A stretch of 64,000 bases of DNA from the human T2T-CHM13v2.0 reference genome, Homo sapiens: NCBI RefSeq assembly GCF_009914755.1, contig NC_060935.1, one strand, 5' to 3'. Below are positions 30,058-50,376 of this stretch, piece by piece. The notes beneath the pieces were generated by a model. The model was not told the DNA's origin. It saw only the letters and a program-made list of their open reading frames with translations, and ran no database searches. Each line of letters begins with the position of its first letter. The stretch's first letter is position 1. Made by a program: the position numbers and the translations under genes.

Positions 30058-31603
30058 TAGCCAAATTCTGAAGCTGCTAGGTTCTCCATTATTCATGAGT
30101 AGCTCCGCTCCCTCCAGCCTTGGGGCTGCTTTCTGTTGGCAAAGGCCTGTGTACTTCTGCAAACCTTAAAATATGAGAGCATCTGATGTTCCAGGGATCT
30201 AAAATACTGCAAATTCAGGTAACAAAACTGCTTTCCAAAGGCTCTACTACAGGGATCTTCAGTAGCTTTCCAGTCCTTCAAAATCTGTCTCCTCAGAGCT
30301 ATACAAAGCCTTGGCCTAAGCTCAGCTTCCTAACTCAGTCTTTCTTCGGATAGGAAGAGGGATTTACGGATTTTGGTAAAGCGCTTTTTGTCCGTAGAAA
30401 TCAAAATTAAGAGATGGGGACTGAATCACCAGAAGATATTGTCCATCCCTATTGTTAATTGTGTTATTAAGATTGAATAGCAAAGATTGACTAGCATTAA
30501 ATAGAAGATAAAATAACCTATTTCTGAGTGGGTTCTTCATTTCTGAGTGACGTTAAGAAGATACATCTACCTGGAAAAACACATTTGAAGGAAAGGGAGG
30601 GCTCAGGCCAGGCACTATCCCCTATACTACCTCATTCAGTCCTTGCAAAACAAACAAACTAACAAACTTCTGTGAGTCTCCATTTTACATATAAGGAAAA
30701 CAGCCTCAAAGGATTTAAACACACTTTGCAATATTGAAGAGGAAGAGGCAGCCAGGATTTGAACCAGGACTATTTGATCTTGAAGCCCATTCCCTACACA
30801 ATTTCCCTTCATGTTCCTGGGTGTAATGGACAAACCACCTCTAGCAGAAGGGCTGAGAGAGAAGCCGGTCTCTTTCCCAGTCCCCTGTAGGGCTGCTTCG
30901 GCTTTAGGCGAAATTCGTGTTTGACAACTGTGGACTTCCACCCTCAACCTTGGCTCCATGCCTGTGGATAAGAAGGTTTGTAGGGAAGAAGACTTGGAGC
31001 AGAGATGTGGGCTTCCTCTTCCTCCCCCTCAGTCACAACTGCCGAACCCAGAATGGAAGCCAATCTCTGAATGAATCAAATTTGAATTTGGGCACACCTA
31101 CACTTTCACGGTCCAAGTGCCTGCTGAGGATCATGTGGCTAACCTGTCCAGCCCATCCTCCTGCTCTTACCCTAATTATTTTCTTAGACCCTGAGCAACA
31201 GATGTAAAATCACCATCCACCCACCTAACTCTGTATCCTGAAGGCCATCTTCCAATGCACACAATATTTGAGGAAGTGGAAAAGGGTCCCTTATTCCAGG
31301 AGAGAAGTTACTTAATAGCCCAGAAATGAAACCACTTCCTCTCCATGAACACTCCAGATATAATAAAGTCCTCTTCCCCCTCTACTTGTCTCACCAATAT
31401 GTGTCCCTGGTATGTCTGGGACAGGATACTGCCTTCAATACCCATATGGAAAACCCTGACATAACTCCTCATCAAGAGCTGGCAGATAGGAAGGAAGAAT
31501 TTAATGATGCTTATCCATGTCTAAACTAGAACATAACCTGTGTGTTATGAGAGGATCCTAATGTTTGGAGAGTTGGGGGAAATCATTAAAAATGTAGCCC
31601 CAC

Positions 31604-31924
<321 letters not shown>

Positions 31925-32109
31925 TTAAGACTGGATCAGAAATCAGAAAAACAGAAAAGACCTCCTCTTTATCTGGCCCTGCATGGCTAAATATGAAGAA
32001 AGGGTTGCAGAGAATAAGAAAGAGTCTGTAGCAGTCAAGGAAAGGAGACCAGAGCTGAACCCAGGCTGGTCCGCAGAGGCTGGAAGTTGTTCAGAACCAA
32101 AGGATATTC

Positions 32110-32480
32110 TTTAGTTTCTTCTTTTCCTTCCTCTTCCCTTTCCCTTCCTTTCCTCTTTCTTATTTTGAGACAGGATCTTAGCCTGTTGCCCAGGCTGGAG
32201 TGGAGTGCAGTGGCGCAATCATATCTCACTGCAGCTTCTAACTCCTGGGCTTGAGTGATCTTCCTACCTTAGCCTCCTGAGTAGCTGGGACCAAAGGCAT
32301 GCACCTCCACACCTAGCTAATCAATTTTATTTATTTTATTTTATTTTATTTTACTTTATTTTATTGAGATGAGGGTCTCACCATGTTGCCCAGACTGGTC
32401 TTGAACTCCTGGCCTCAAGTGATCCTCCCCTTCAGCCTCCCAAAGTGCTGGGATTACAAGCATGAGACACTGCACCCAAC
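32110..32480 (-). mobile_element. AluJ with degenerate pyrimidine tail and (TTTTA)n linker
   Basis: Reverse Alu; ccaaaggat on both sides. Confidence 0.85.
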
Positions 32481-32490
32481 CCCAAAGGAT

Positions 32491-37889
<5,399 letters not shown>

Positions 37890-38125
37890 GCCAAAGGATT
37901 TTTAAGACTAACCTTATCAAATCTTACAATAGCAACTAAAAGTATAGGAACCGCACATTTCAGACCAAGAATTAAATCAGTGGCTGTCCACTGTGGCAAC
38001 CCATGAGTATCAGGAAAGACAAATGCCTAAACTTCACCCAGAAATTTCAAATTAGGAGGCATGTGGTGAGGCCCCGCAAGGAGCCACCAGCAGGAATGAA
38101 GAACCACTGAGTTAAATCCCAAAAC

Positions 38126-38131
38126 TGTATT
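38126..38131 (-). terminator. JAML: Probable JAML polyA signal, variant AATACA
   Basis: TGTATT on plus, ~580 nt after the stop; no canonical AATAAA noticed in between. Confidence 0.45.
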
Positions 38132-38711
38132 CATACCCTACTTCCAACCCATTCACCCCAAACCTTTCCCAGGACCAAAACCAGCCTCTAGTGTGTTAGC
38201 ACGGTTTGGCTTTCCTCCAGGAACTTCAGTTTTTCCAAAAGTTTCTAACTGTATATTCCTCACCAGGACTTTACTTGCCCCCTCAACCGAGGCATAAAAA
38301 TAGGACGATTTCCACAAACAACACTTATTTAGAAATAATGTGCCAGAGGAATGATTTGGGTTGGTTTTTATCTCTGATTCTTCCCAGTAACTCATCCACT
38401 AAGAACCCTGCCCACAGGAGGGTCTGATCCAACGGGGGGTTTGAGGCCACTCAGCTCAGCCTGGTTCCCAGGGCCAGTGTCCCACTCCAGAGGCCAAGTC
38501 CATGCTCCCCTCCCCTCAGCAGGCCTGTTCCTCCAGAGCTGTCCAGTCTCTCTGCCAGGCTCCAAATTCTCCATCTTCAGTGTATTGACCAAACAATGAG
38601 ACAGGAGGACAGCTGGGAGAGCGGGAGTCTGAAATCACTGGTAGAGTGGCCCAGGACACACACAGGAGAGAGTCTCCACCGCTGCTGAGATGAAGGGACT
38701 CTCCATTCTTC

Positions 38712-38804
38712 TCAAAAGGCTTGCTGTGTTTTTGGCATTCCCCCACCTGACTTTTTTTCAAGTGAGTTGTTCCGATCTGACCTCAGAGAAGGCCAAACTG
38801 GGTG
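38712..38804 (-). CDS. JAML: JAML last coding exon
   Basis: HPVWPSLRSDRNNSLEKKSGGGMPKTQQAF*; ccacag acceptor; TGA 38714-38712. Confidence 0.97.
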   Translation of the reverse strand, partial: HPVWPSLRSDRNNSLEKKSGGGMPKTQQAF

Positions 38805-38869
38805 CTGTGGGGGAAGGGCAGAAAGAAACAAAACATGCTTGTAAGAAGTAGTTCCATAATCATAGCAGC

Positions 38870-39095
38870 TGCTGTTCATTGAGCTCTTCTCATGAGCCCG
38901 GCCCAGTACTGAATTTCATATGCATTATCTCATGTGATCCTTACCACCAGGAGGTAGGTATTATTATTGCCTTTCTAAGGATAAGGAAACTGAGGCTCAG
39001 ACAGGCCAAGTTACTGCCCAAGACCATCTGGCTGCAACACAGAGTTAGAATTTGGACCCAGGTCTGTCTAACTCCACAGCTTGTGATCTTAACCT
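38870..39095. mobile_element. MIR SINE
   Basis: 'gataaggaaactgaggctcagacaggccaagttactgcccaagacca'. Confidence 0.75.
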
Positions 39096-40101
39096 CTGTG
39101 TGTACAGCCTCAGAAAGGGAAAACAGCAAGGTGCCACTACATTTACATGAATTTCATCAATTCAACAACAAAAAACAAAGGCTCTTTGTTACCCCTGCTC
39201 CCTATCAGAGAACACCTTTATAAATGCAGTCTCAAACAAGTGGCCTGCAGTCCCAAATTCACCAACAGCCTTATTTAACTTGGCACATCATATTTTAAAA
39301 TAACTTGACTGGCCCCTGCCAGCCTTTGAGTTTGCAGCCCAGGCCTCTTCTCTTACTCTATTGGATCTAGATCAAGAGGACAGGAATGGTGTTTTCAACA
39401 GAATCAAAACCATAATCGCCTAGCATTAAACCTGGGGAAGTTAGCTGTGAAGACAATTGTTCCTCCTGCATCATCTCCACCTCGGAGACGTTCTGCAAAC
39501 AATGCCACCCTGGCTGGTGACCCACTCAGCAGTAGCCACAAGGCAGCTGTATCAGCAGGTCTCCAGGAGCCAGGATGAGGCCTCGCAAGTTACTGCAGCA
39601 TCACATAACAGTATGGGAGAAAGATACAGAGGGAAAATGATTCCATTCAGCTGCAACTTCAGGGTGGAGTTAATGTTTCACTCGGTGGATCCAGGCCAGG
39701 CCTCTGATCTCACACTTCCCTGGCAGACCTCTCTCTGCTGCAATCAGCTGGGAGTCATGTGTCCTCAGGGCTGGTGCGATAGGAACAAACAAAGCCCATC
39801 ATTCCACAAGCAGAGGAGGCCAGCCTTCCCAAACCCACAGAACACTGCTCCTTAATAGGCTGGGTGCCTATAATTAGTCTACAAATAGCACCGTGCTCAT
39901 CGCCAGCTCACTCCTTTTGTCCCTACCCCCACTCACTGCACGCCCCGAGGTGCCTTTTCCAGGCACTGCAGTTCTCTAAGGGGCTACAGAAGTCTAAGCA
40001 AAGGGAAATTAGGAATCAGACTCCAAAATATTGTATGAGATCCAGCATGCAGCCTGCCTGGCAGTTAGGTTATGAGAAGGTATAATAAGTCACAAAGTTA
40101 A

Positions 40102-40814
<713 letters not shown>

Positions 40815-41121
40815 GTGTTTTCTTTATTAGATTGAACTGATGAGGCAAAAGACGTCCTGCCTGACCTCAGTAAAAGCCACTCTTCACTTCTTTTCACCAC
40901 TAATATAAATAATCTCTGGTGATAACCTTTAATCCTTGAGCTTGGGTAAGAAAGTTTGATATCACTCTTCTATCCAGCAGAACTTCAGTTTCTCAGACTT
41001 TTCTGCTACTTAGAAAAATCACCGCCCTCAGCAGCCTCCCTTGGGCAACCCAGCCACGCCCACCACCACCACCACCTGAGCCTCTGACACCTGGCTCGGC
41101 TGAGGCCAGAATCATTCTCAC

Positions 41122-41208
41122 CATGGTCATGTAGGTGGCCTCTGATTTTTCACTTGGTTCTTCTTCCTCGATCACCTCCCGTACAATTATTGGGGAGTAA
41201 ATGTGTTT
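41122..41208 (-). CDS. JAML: JAML cytoplasmic exon carrying the YMTM (YxxM, PI3K-binding) motif
   Basis: KHIYSPIIVREVIEEEEPSEKSEATYMTM; 87 nt; ctctag / ATG|gtgaga. Confidence 0.97.
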
Positions 41209-42384
41209 CTAGAGGGGGAAAATGGTACAAAAATTCCTAAAAATTAGATGAATCTTATACACCAGAGAAAAGGCCACCCACTCCTATTTGCTGGGCATCG
41301 ACCACCCAAACTGCTGGTTCAGAGGGTTACTGAGACCTAGAGAATTCTCAACAATGATAATTCAGTCTTCAGTCTTCTTGAAAATTAACTGTCAAAGAAC
41401 ACAGTCTTAAGAACCAAACTCTTTGCTTCAAAAGCCAAACATCTTTGTTTAGATGGATGTTTAGGTAGCAGCAGGGGTTCCTTATCTTGCTAAATTCCTT
41501 GTATTCTGGGGTTATTTCCTTCTAATTACAGTAAAGGCAGAATGGCATTAATCAGCAGTGAATTGTCATCATCTCCCTCAGAGGATTTATGTGGCAGGGC
41601 CAGCCCTCATTGAACCTCACAACTGTGAGGTTCATGGTCCTGTCACTCGTTGGTAAAGCAGTATCATCCAGTGGCCCATTCTTGGACCACTGCACTCTAC
41701 TGGGAAAAAATCCTACTCTTGGGACAAAAACAGCCCAAAATAGAGAAAGGTAACTATTCAAAGAGTTTTTTAAAAATTAAAGAAAGAAAAGAAAGAATAG
41801 GAGTTAAAGAAAACCAATCAATTTCTCAGTCTCTAGAAGCAATTATTTATAACTCCATTACAAAATCAATATGGAGAGAAAAGTCCTTCTTAATCCTTTC
41901 TTGCTAAGATCTTAGACTATTTCATTTTAAGCATTAGAACTCCTTAACTCCTGGATGTATTATAATTCTCCATTAGACTTTAGACAAATAGCACCTCCTA
42001 GATTACAAAGCATTTGCATATCATCATCTTATGTGAACCTTACAACAACCCTGTCAAGCAGGCTGGGCAACTATAGTATCTTTATCTTTATCCTCATTTT
42101 GCTGATGAGACTCAGGGAGGTGGCAGATCTTACTGACTCCAAGCGCAGTGCTCTTTCCTCAGCCCAATACCAGGATCTGCTGCCTGGGGCTGGCCCAGCC
42201 GACCCCATGCACTGTACTCCGCAGAGGCTCTTACTTTAGTGACAAAGGCTTCCTGAGTCCCTGCTCTGTGCCAAGCACTGGCCTGCAAGCTGCGACATAC
42301 AATGGGTAAGATATGGTTCCCGGGGGTATGAGAACGGCCCAGGCCTGCATCTACTTAGTGTTTTAGGCTGAAGCGTGTGTTCAC

Positions 42385-42478
42385 CTCCCCTTCACATCTT
42401 TCAAAATGGCAGGGTTTTTCTTTTATCTCTGGATTAGTCTTCTTCGTGTTCTTCACCAAGACTGTAGAATTCACTGAA
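42385..42478 (-). CDS. JAML: JAML cytoplasmic exon
   Basis: SVNSTVLVKNTKKTNPEIKEKPCHFERCEGE; 94 nt; ttgcag / GAG|gtgaac. Confidence 0.97.
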
Positions 42479-42845
42479 CTGCAAGACATGAAAAGCATGT
42501 GGAATTAACCAGCGGGCATGGTTTATTCAAGGGTCCCTACATGAGATCCCCTCTTGGCTTCGTGAAGAGAGAGACACCAGAGAAGGAACTATTCTCTCTG
42601 GACTCCTACAGCCAGGGCTATCCGGCTCACCTGGAAACCTGAGAAGCGCATCTCTTCTAATGAAGAACAAGAAGCCGTTCTGGAGATAATTTAGGCTGAA
42701 AAGCAGCTTCAACTTCTCTATTATCACTCAAGCCACTTTCAGTCCGTATGGGAGAGGTAATTTTAAGTGAATGAAGAGAGAGAGGGGAGATGGGATTCCA
42801 TTTGACCATCCTGTCTACATTTCTGAGGACCAGGGAGTGCCGCGA

Positions 42846-42864
42846 AACCAGCAGGGGGCAGCAG
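42846..42864 (+). promoter_or_regulatory. CTCF motif (forward) in a CpG-rich JAML intronic patch
   Basis: AACCAGCAGGGGGCAGCAG matches the CTCF core. Confidence 0.7.
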
Positions 42865-44058
42865 GAGCTCAGCAAGACGCCAATCCGAAGGGCTCCTGGC
42901 CTTTCCGGGGGGCGGAGCAGAATAACCCCCACAAACACCCCACCCAAGCCCCAAGCAGGAGCTCTGCGCCTGCCCTGTCGGGGTCCCTTGGCCTTTGATC
43001 TCATGACCATTTGCCTTCTGAACATACTTTCTTTTTTTCTATTTTGGCCTAAGTCAGAACTAAAAAAAAAAAAAAAAAATTCAAGGTTTAAGCTAGAAAA
43101 GAAACCATATGTTTTGGTCTCAGTGGAAATATTTTCCTTGTATTTTCTGCTTTTAAAGTTGTATCTTCTCACTGTCAAATAATTCAGATAATACAGAAAT
43201 GTAGACAGTTGGAAGTGGAAGTTCCCTGCAACCCCTCACCCCATGGGATCCACCTTCTCCTTCACTTCAAATTCCACACAATTACCCACATTTTACAACT
43301 GTCCTTCCAAGCCTCTCTCAGTGTAAGCATAAGCTCACATAAAATGTATTTAGTACATATGCTGCTGGAGTGAGCATCATATTATTTTCTCTTTTATAAA
43401 AATGAGGTCATACCATAAATTCTGTATTTTTACTCCTTGGATATCTTTCCATGTCATTATGTAGAGGGATCTGGAGTGTTTCATTGACTGGTTCACTGAA
43501 TCGTTGCCTTTCTGACAGACACTGGCAATTATCCCTATTTTTAATTATAAGCAAGACGGCAGTTTTGCACAAATCTCAGCATATCCATTTAATTATTTCT
43601 TTAGAATAAACGACTAGACATGGAAGTGCTACCTTTCCTTTGGCGGGAAACTGAGGTCCCGACAGGGGAAGTAAGCTGAGAGTGGAATCCAGGTTGTCTA
43701 GCTCAGTGCTCCGAGCATGCCCAGAGCAAAGACCTTTAGAGAGGCCAGCCAAGTTCAAAACCAAATCAGGAAGCCCTAGGGAGTGCAAGTGAAAACTTAG
43801 CAGGCACAAGTGTTTTCTGCAGGATCCAAGACCCACTGGGAAAGAACACTCAAAAGTCAGGACTATTCATGAGGCCCTTTCCCACTGACACTATTTCAAC
43901 AAGGGAGTCGATCTGCACTACAAGCATACTCCATCAATAGTTGGATAAACTGAGGGACATGGATCTGCCAACAGCCAGTGAAACACAAGTGTCCCTGTTG
44001 GAGCATCTGGGCACTTCTGAGACCCTGGGAGAACTACCGATGAAATTCAGGCCTTTAA

Positions 44059-44380
<322 letters not shown>

Positions 44381-44858
44381 AAAAGCATCTTTTAATAATA
44401 ATTCATTTAGAACCTGAGGGCACCCATTCAAAGATCGTATCTCATAATTAGAATGTGGTCTTTTAGATAAAACCACTGGCAACCCTTAAGATCTTAGCTT
44501 CTATGCGGAACGTACAGTATGGATAATTTAAAAATCATCTTTTAGGCAGTGAATGGTACCATGATAGTTCTTGTGTAAGATTTATGCTCTGAATTATGCC
44601 CTACTGAGGCCCCCATTTCTAAGGGAGTTTGTAGTCTTTACATAATAACAAAGTGAATGAGGAGAGCGTAGGAATATTAAATTCTTTTCCCGGGCACAGT
44701 AAGCAAAGTGGGCAGGGTTACCACAGATGATTCCATTTAAAAATACCCCCTTCTGTGAGAATGGCACAAGTAGGGCCCTATCACCCTGTTCTACTTTGGG
44801 GTAGAGGCAGCCTTGCACCCCCAGCCTCCCAATCCAAGGGGTGGGGGTAGCCCTGTAC

Positions 44859-44997
44859 CTCTTATTTCCACAGGTCTTCTTCACGATCAATATCAGAACA
44901 GGGAGCAGCAGGATTGTGGCACAGACAATTCCCACAATGATCACCAACTGATTACCACCCAAGACCAGAGGCCTCAGGGCTGCCGGGGTCACCAGTG
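44859..44997 (-). CDS. JAML: JAML stalk and transmembrane exon
   Basis: TLVTPAALRPLVLGGNQLVIIVGIVCATILLLPVLILIVKKTCGNK; 139 nt. Confidence 0.98.
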
Positions 44998-45479
44998 CTT
45001 GGGAAAGTAGAAAAGCAAGGAGAGGGTCTCAATACTTTAGCAAAGAGCTGAGAGCCCCACAGCCCTATACCAAGTAGCACCAGCCAGGCCACGAAGCGGA
45101 GGGGAAGGCCAGACTCCACCCCATATCTGGACACTAGGGACACTGTCTCCATGAGATTGAGAACCAAAGTCTAACCCCCTCGTTTACCCTAAAATGTAGA
45201 TTAAGGTGGGTGGGAGAAGAGGCTAGCAGTTCACCTCTAGTAAAGTTTCCTTTCACATCAACAATTCTATTCTAAAATTTGGCTTAACAAGGACCCAGAA
45301 ATAACAGGCATTTGAGAGGCTGCTGATCTTCCTTAGGGCAAGTGGTTGTCTTCAAAAGAACTCATGCCGCAAGACTCAGCCCCACAGTGACGATACCAAG
45401 TAAAGCCTCCGGAGGTACTTCTGCCCATATGGAACCTTCTACTCATCTGCATGGTTCTTTCTAAATACATAAAGCAAAC

Positions 45480-46560
45480 ACCTCCTCAGGGCCAGACAGC
45501 ACTAGGTACAGGGGATTCAGAGATGAATGATGATGTGTGGTCCCTGCTTCCAAGGAAGAAGACAAACACGTCAACAGAAAACCACAGGCTGCTGTAGGCG
45601 CTACAACAGAAGTCTGTATGGGGAACAGAGGGGCACAGAAAAAAGGGTGTCCAATTCTATATGCAGCAAGTGAGAATTTGCCAGCAAAAGTTCTAAAGTT
45701 TAACCTAAGACTTACAGGAAACATCCAGTTTGTTGGGAAGACAATATGGAGAAGGACAGAGGGGATGTTCTGCATGAGATCTGGAGGCCTGACAGGATGA
45801 TGATTTTAGAAACTAGAAAGAGTTCAACGGGTCTGGCACAAAAGTGGCATCTGTGGGTGTGCTGGAGAATTTCGCTGGAGAGATGACAGGGTCCAAGTCA
45901 GGAAGGACCTTGACTATCTCAACCAAGAATCTGGCATTTTTCTGCAGGCAATGAAAACAACATTGAAAGATTATTAGCAGTGGAAGAGAAAGTTCTTAAT
46001 GTGATTTAGAAAGATGGCACCAAGAGCCGCGTGAAGAATGAGAAGCAGTGGCTGAGAGAGAAAGCAGAGACTGGTTAGAGGCCTACAGTTCAAGACAGAG
46101 ATGAAGACAGCCAGAACTAAGGCGGCAGTGACAGACTGGAAGGAAGACAACTTCAAGAGTCTGTAGTAGGAGTCAAGGACTTGTTGACCTGACCTGTTAG
46201 ATTAGGGGTCTAGGAAAGGGAAAGAATCAAGCACACCCCCAGGCATCTAGTTAGACAACTGAGGTTGGGGAGATGGGCTGAGGAGGGGTGTGCAGGGGTA
46301 GGTTAGACATGTTGCATATGAAGGATTTGTGGAAAACTTGTGTAGAGTTGACTAAGTATATCCATGGGTGTGTGTGGAACTGTGTCCAACATAGAGTGCA
46401 TATAAATGCTACTGAAGGAGAGAAGGCTGAGGATGGATAATTGCAGTGCCATTGGTGATCTAAGCTGGAGTAGAGGTAGAATAAGCCAGAATGCAGTGCA
46501 CTGAGGAGTTAATGGGAGATGAGACAGTAAGATACCAAACACAGACCTTTAGCAAGCTAT
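45480..46560 (-). mobile_element. L2 LINE fragments
   Basis: Degenerate reversed L2 ORF2/3' sequence. Confidence 0.6.
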
Positions 46561-47812
46561 TTGGCTATGTTGAGAAAGAAACACATGATTGTGGTGGTGG
46601 TTGTTCAACTCTGAATGTACTAAAACCATTGAGCTGAACGCTTTAAATGGGCAAATTGTATGGTATGTGAATTGTATCTCAGGAAAACAATCTTAAGAAA
46701 AAGAAAGACACAGAATGGAGCTGAAGAAAAAAAGACATAGAATGGAGCTGGAGTAATTAAGTAGTAGAATTGAGCAAACGTATCCATTGAATGGTAGAAA
46801 CCAACAGAAAGTGAGCTCAAAGAGCCATGTTGTAAGGTTCCTGAGAAGGATACCACCTGGGCACAGGGGGCCAGATAAGCCCAGAGCAGAAGGGACCTTC
46901 CTCTGCCTCAGGATGGCAGGGCAGAGATAAGAATGGGGGAGACATAGATATGTTTGTGGGTGGAGAAGCTGCATGAGCCCCCATAATGGCTCGATTTTCT
47001 CTGTGAATTGGACCTCTGAGAAGGAAGCACACAGACCTGCCGTGCTCCCCTCTCCAGCTGGAGACAAGGTGCCTCCACAGACTTAGGTCTCTGGCCTGAG
47101 GTATGAGGTATGTTCCATCCTCACCCCATCTTCCCCACCCCCAGCCAACCACAGCCAACTCCTGAAGGCCCTAGCGACAGGCAAAGTCCACAGGCCACAT
47201 CCTGATTGCTAACTGGGTTATGGTTTAACTTTAACCCCTCACTTATCAACCTCTCTCTGTCAACACAATCAAGTCTTTCCTCTCCTACACAGCACTGGCC
47301 TTGATGCACACTGTTTGCCAGAATCCAGAACCTCTGATCAGAAAACCCTCCATTTTTGGTTCTGGTGCCTGCATGTTCCTCTCTGTTCCTGGCTGTCTCT
47401 CACTAGCTTAGGATCATTTCCCGCTCCACTCTAACACATACAGCACCTCCCTTGAAACCAAGTATGCTGACTTTGGACATCAACTCCGATCCTTCCCTGA
47501 GCTTCTGTATCTTTACATCAGTAGATGACCCTGGCAATGAGTGGGGTCTGGCAGAGGATTGGTATTCACTAAATTAGCTCCCCTCCCCTTGGCCTAGCAG
47601 CAGGGCCAGAACTAGGGTGAGGCAAGCCAGGCACCTGAGGAGCCACCTCTAAGGAGGCATCATTCTCAGGGTTGTGCAAGGCCAGAGTCAGCACCTGAGA
47701 GGGATGCCTCCTTCAATTTTGCATCCTAGGAACCTCTCCGGCCTCACTCTAGTCCTGGCGCCATGCACCAGCCAGGAGGTCCCTCAGTGCTCCCCAGCCA
47801 AATGTTAGATAC

Positions 47813-48050
47813 TTCGAGGCTCTTCCGGGCTGACATGCAGCACAATGGTTTTCTTGAACACCAGGTTCCCTAGGTGGATACTGCAGGTGTAGTTTCCTCC
47901 ATCTGACTCCCTCACTCCTTGAAGCATGATGGAACCGTCATTGCGGAAAATGTCCCCCACCAGGTTCACACGATTCTGGAAGTGGCCCCAGCTCTGGGAG
48001 TACTCCGCAGACATCCTGAGTTTGTGGTAGTAACGAAATACAATCTCCTC
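47813..48050 (-). CDS. JAML: JAML Ig domain 2, second half
   Basis: EEIVFRYYHKLRMSAEYSQSWGHFQNRVNLVGDIFRNDGSIMLQGVRESDGGNYTCSIHLGNLVFKKTIVLHVSPEEPR; 238 nt. Confidence 0.98.
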
Positions 48051-48354
48051 CTAGAAGTGAAAGACAAAAAGTATGATATTGTGAGGACTGGAGTGGAGCG
48101 GGGAGCAGAGAAAATGGGGGAGGGAAGATCTCAGGACTCCAAGGCCCTGCTAGGTGAAGGCAGTAAGGGTATTATCAGAAAGCATTAAATAACACAAAGT
48201 CATGTACACACACATGTGCATGCGTGTGTACTTGTGAAGGACATCACAAAACCATGAACAGTTTTTCCATCTGAATGGAGGGATAAGAAAAGGAGGACTT
48301 TCATTTTGTGCACCTTTCCAATAAAAAAAAAGCAAAAGTATACTTTTATTCTTG

Positions 48355-49235
48355 ATGACATTTCTAGTTGGATTTCCAATAGGAACCTGAAACATGTCTA
48401 AAACTGAACTCTTCATCTTTCCCCCAAACCAGTTCTTTCCAGTCCATCCCATTTTGGTACATGGCAATGCTTTCCTCCAGATACTCAGGCTAAAAATCCT
48501 GGAGTCATCCTTAATTTCTGTCTTTCTGGAACAAATCACATTGAATCCCTCAGCAAATCCTATCACCTCTACCTTCAAAATATATCCCCAATCCAGCCAG
48601 TCCTCACCTCCTCCACTGATACCATTCTGGTCCAGCTCATCTCTCACCTAGATTCCTGCAACAGCTTTCTTACTTGTCTCCCTGCTTATTCTCTATGACA
48701 ATCTATTTTCAGCAGATGAGCCTTTAAAAATGTAAGTTAAATCATGTTACTCCTGTGCTCAAAACCCTTCATGGCCCCCACTCCCATTTCTACTAAAATG
48801 CAAGGCCCTGCATGACCCAGCCCATCTCCCTTTACCTCTGACTTCAACTTCTACTTGCTCTTCCCTCACCTACTTGGGTCACTGCGCTCCAGCCACATGG
48901 ACCTCTTGGCTGCTCCTTGCATACTGGCTGCAAGGCCTTTGCACTTGCTACTGTCTATGACTGCAAGAACACTCTTCCCCCTACACATATGCAGGGTTCA
49001 CTCCCTCTCCTCAAATGTCATCTCAGTGAGGGCTCCCCAAGCACCCACATAACAAAAACCACAAAGTCCTGCTTTATTGTTCCCCGTAGGCTCTTACTAT
49101 TGCCTGATGTATTATATACGTCTTTATTATTTTACATGTATCTCCTCCATCTTGGTTGTAAGTTTCCCATCAGGACTGGGGCTTTAAGTATTCTTCATAT
49201 AGCAGATTCTTTAAAAATAACTTGTTAAATGAATA
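48355..49235 (+). mobile_element. L2 LINE fragment
   Basis: 'aaacatgtctaaaactgaactcttcatctttccc...ccttcaaaatatatcccca'. Confidence 0.8.
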
Positions 49236-50266
49236 TTGGCATTAAAAAAAGCCATGTAGATTGCTTTTTTAAAGCTTTTAAGAAAAGTTAATGGGTGTGT
49301 AGACACAAACATGAATGAAGTGACCTGGCCCCTAACATTTTGTCTCTCGTGATTCAAATTCACAACCTCAAAATGTCAATTCTCATCCTATTTTCTCCTG
49401 TGAATCACTCAATGGATGACATTTAAATGTATGGCAAGCTCTCAGAGGTGAACCTGGGACCAGATGTAATTCCCCATACTCCATCATGATGTCACCCACT
49501 GTGACCCACTCAGATAGCATAGAGGAATCAAGTGCAAATGACTTTGTTAGAGAGATGACCTGGAATATGTTTTAATTTATAAAAGTTAGTCTTTACTAAA
49601 TTTTGCAACTTAACTTTTATTAATAACAAGTTACTTGGGATATCCCCACAACACATGTTGACCCATAAATATATGACCACATCATGGTTGAGAGCTACTG
49701 GTCTAAAGAATAAACTTGCTTCTTCCTGCTTTATAGAGGTCCCGTAAAATACCCTTCACCCTGGCCCCCAGGATCAATCAATCCCAACACGTGAAGTACC
49801 CATGAAAATTCCCTCCATCACATAAATGGGGCAATGGGGCACAGATGAAAACTCACAGAACTAACCCCAGTAAGAATAAAAGTGTAATCACTTTAATGTC
49901 TAGCCCATTGCTTTCTTGGCTGGGCCACAAAAATCATCTCCCTCATTCTCCCATGGACTCTATACGAAGGAAAAGGGAGAAAGAAGGAAACTAAAATGCA
50001 GGGGCCAAGTCTTATACAAAATGCTTTACATGTACAATCTCATATCGGCATCCAAAAAGTTAAGCATCATCATCATCTTCTTGTTCTTGTTCTTCATTGG
50101 AGTTATCTTTCCCACCAGAAAGCTGAAATTGCTAGGAGAAGGTCCAGTTCTGATAAGCACCAAAGCCCAGGCTCTTGCAACACCTCCTCATGTGCCTGAT
50201 TCTACCTTTGTCCTGATACCATCAGCCAGAGCCTTCTCTAACACAGTGATGTTTCCTCCTTGTTAC

Positions 50267-50376
50267 CTTTGCGCGCCGTCCTGAAAATATCCATTCTACC
50301 TTGGTCACGTGTTTCACTTCTGTGCTCTGGAAAACACATCCCATCTGAATCAATCCACCCACATGGACCATGAGCT
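50267..50376 (-). CDS. JAML: JAML Ig domain 2, first half
   Basis: ELMVHVGGLIQMGCVFQSTEVKHVTKVEWIFSGRRAK; 110 nt; cctcag / AAG|gtaaca. Confidence 0.97.
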
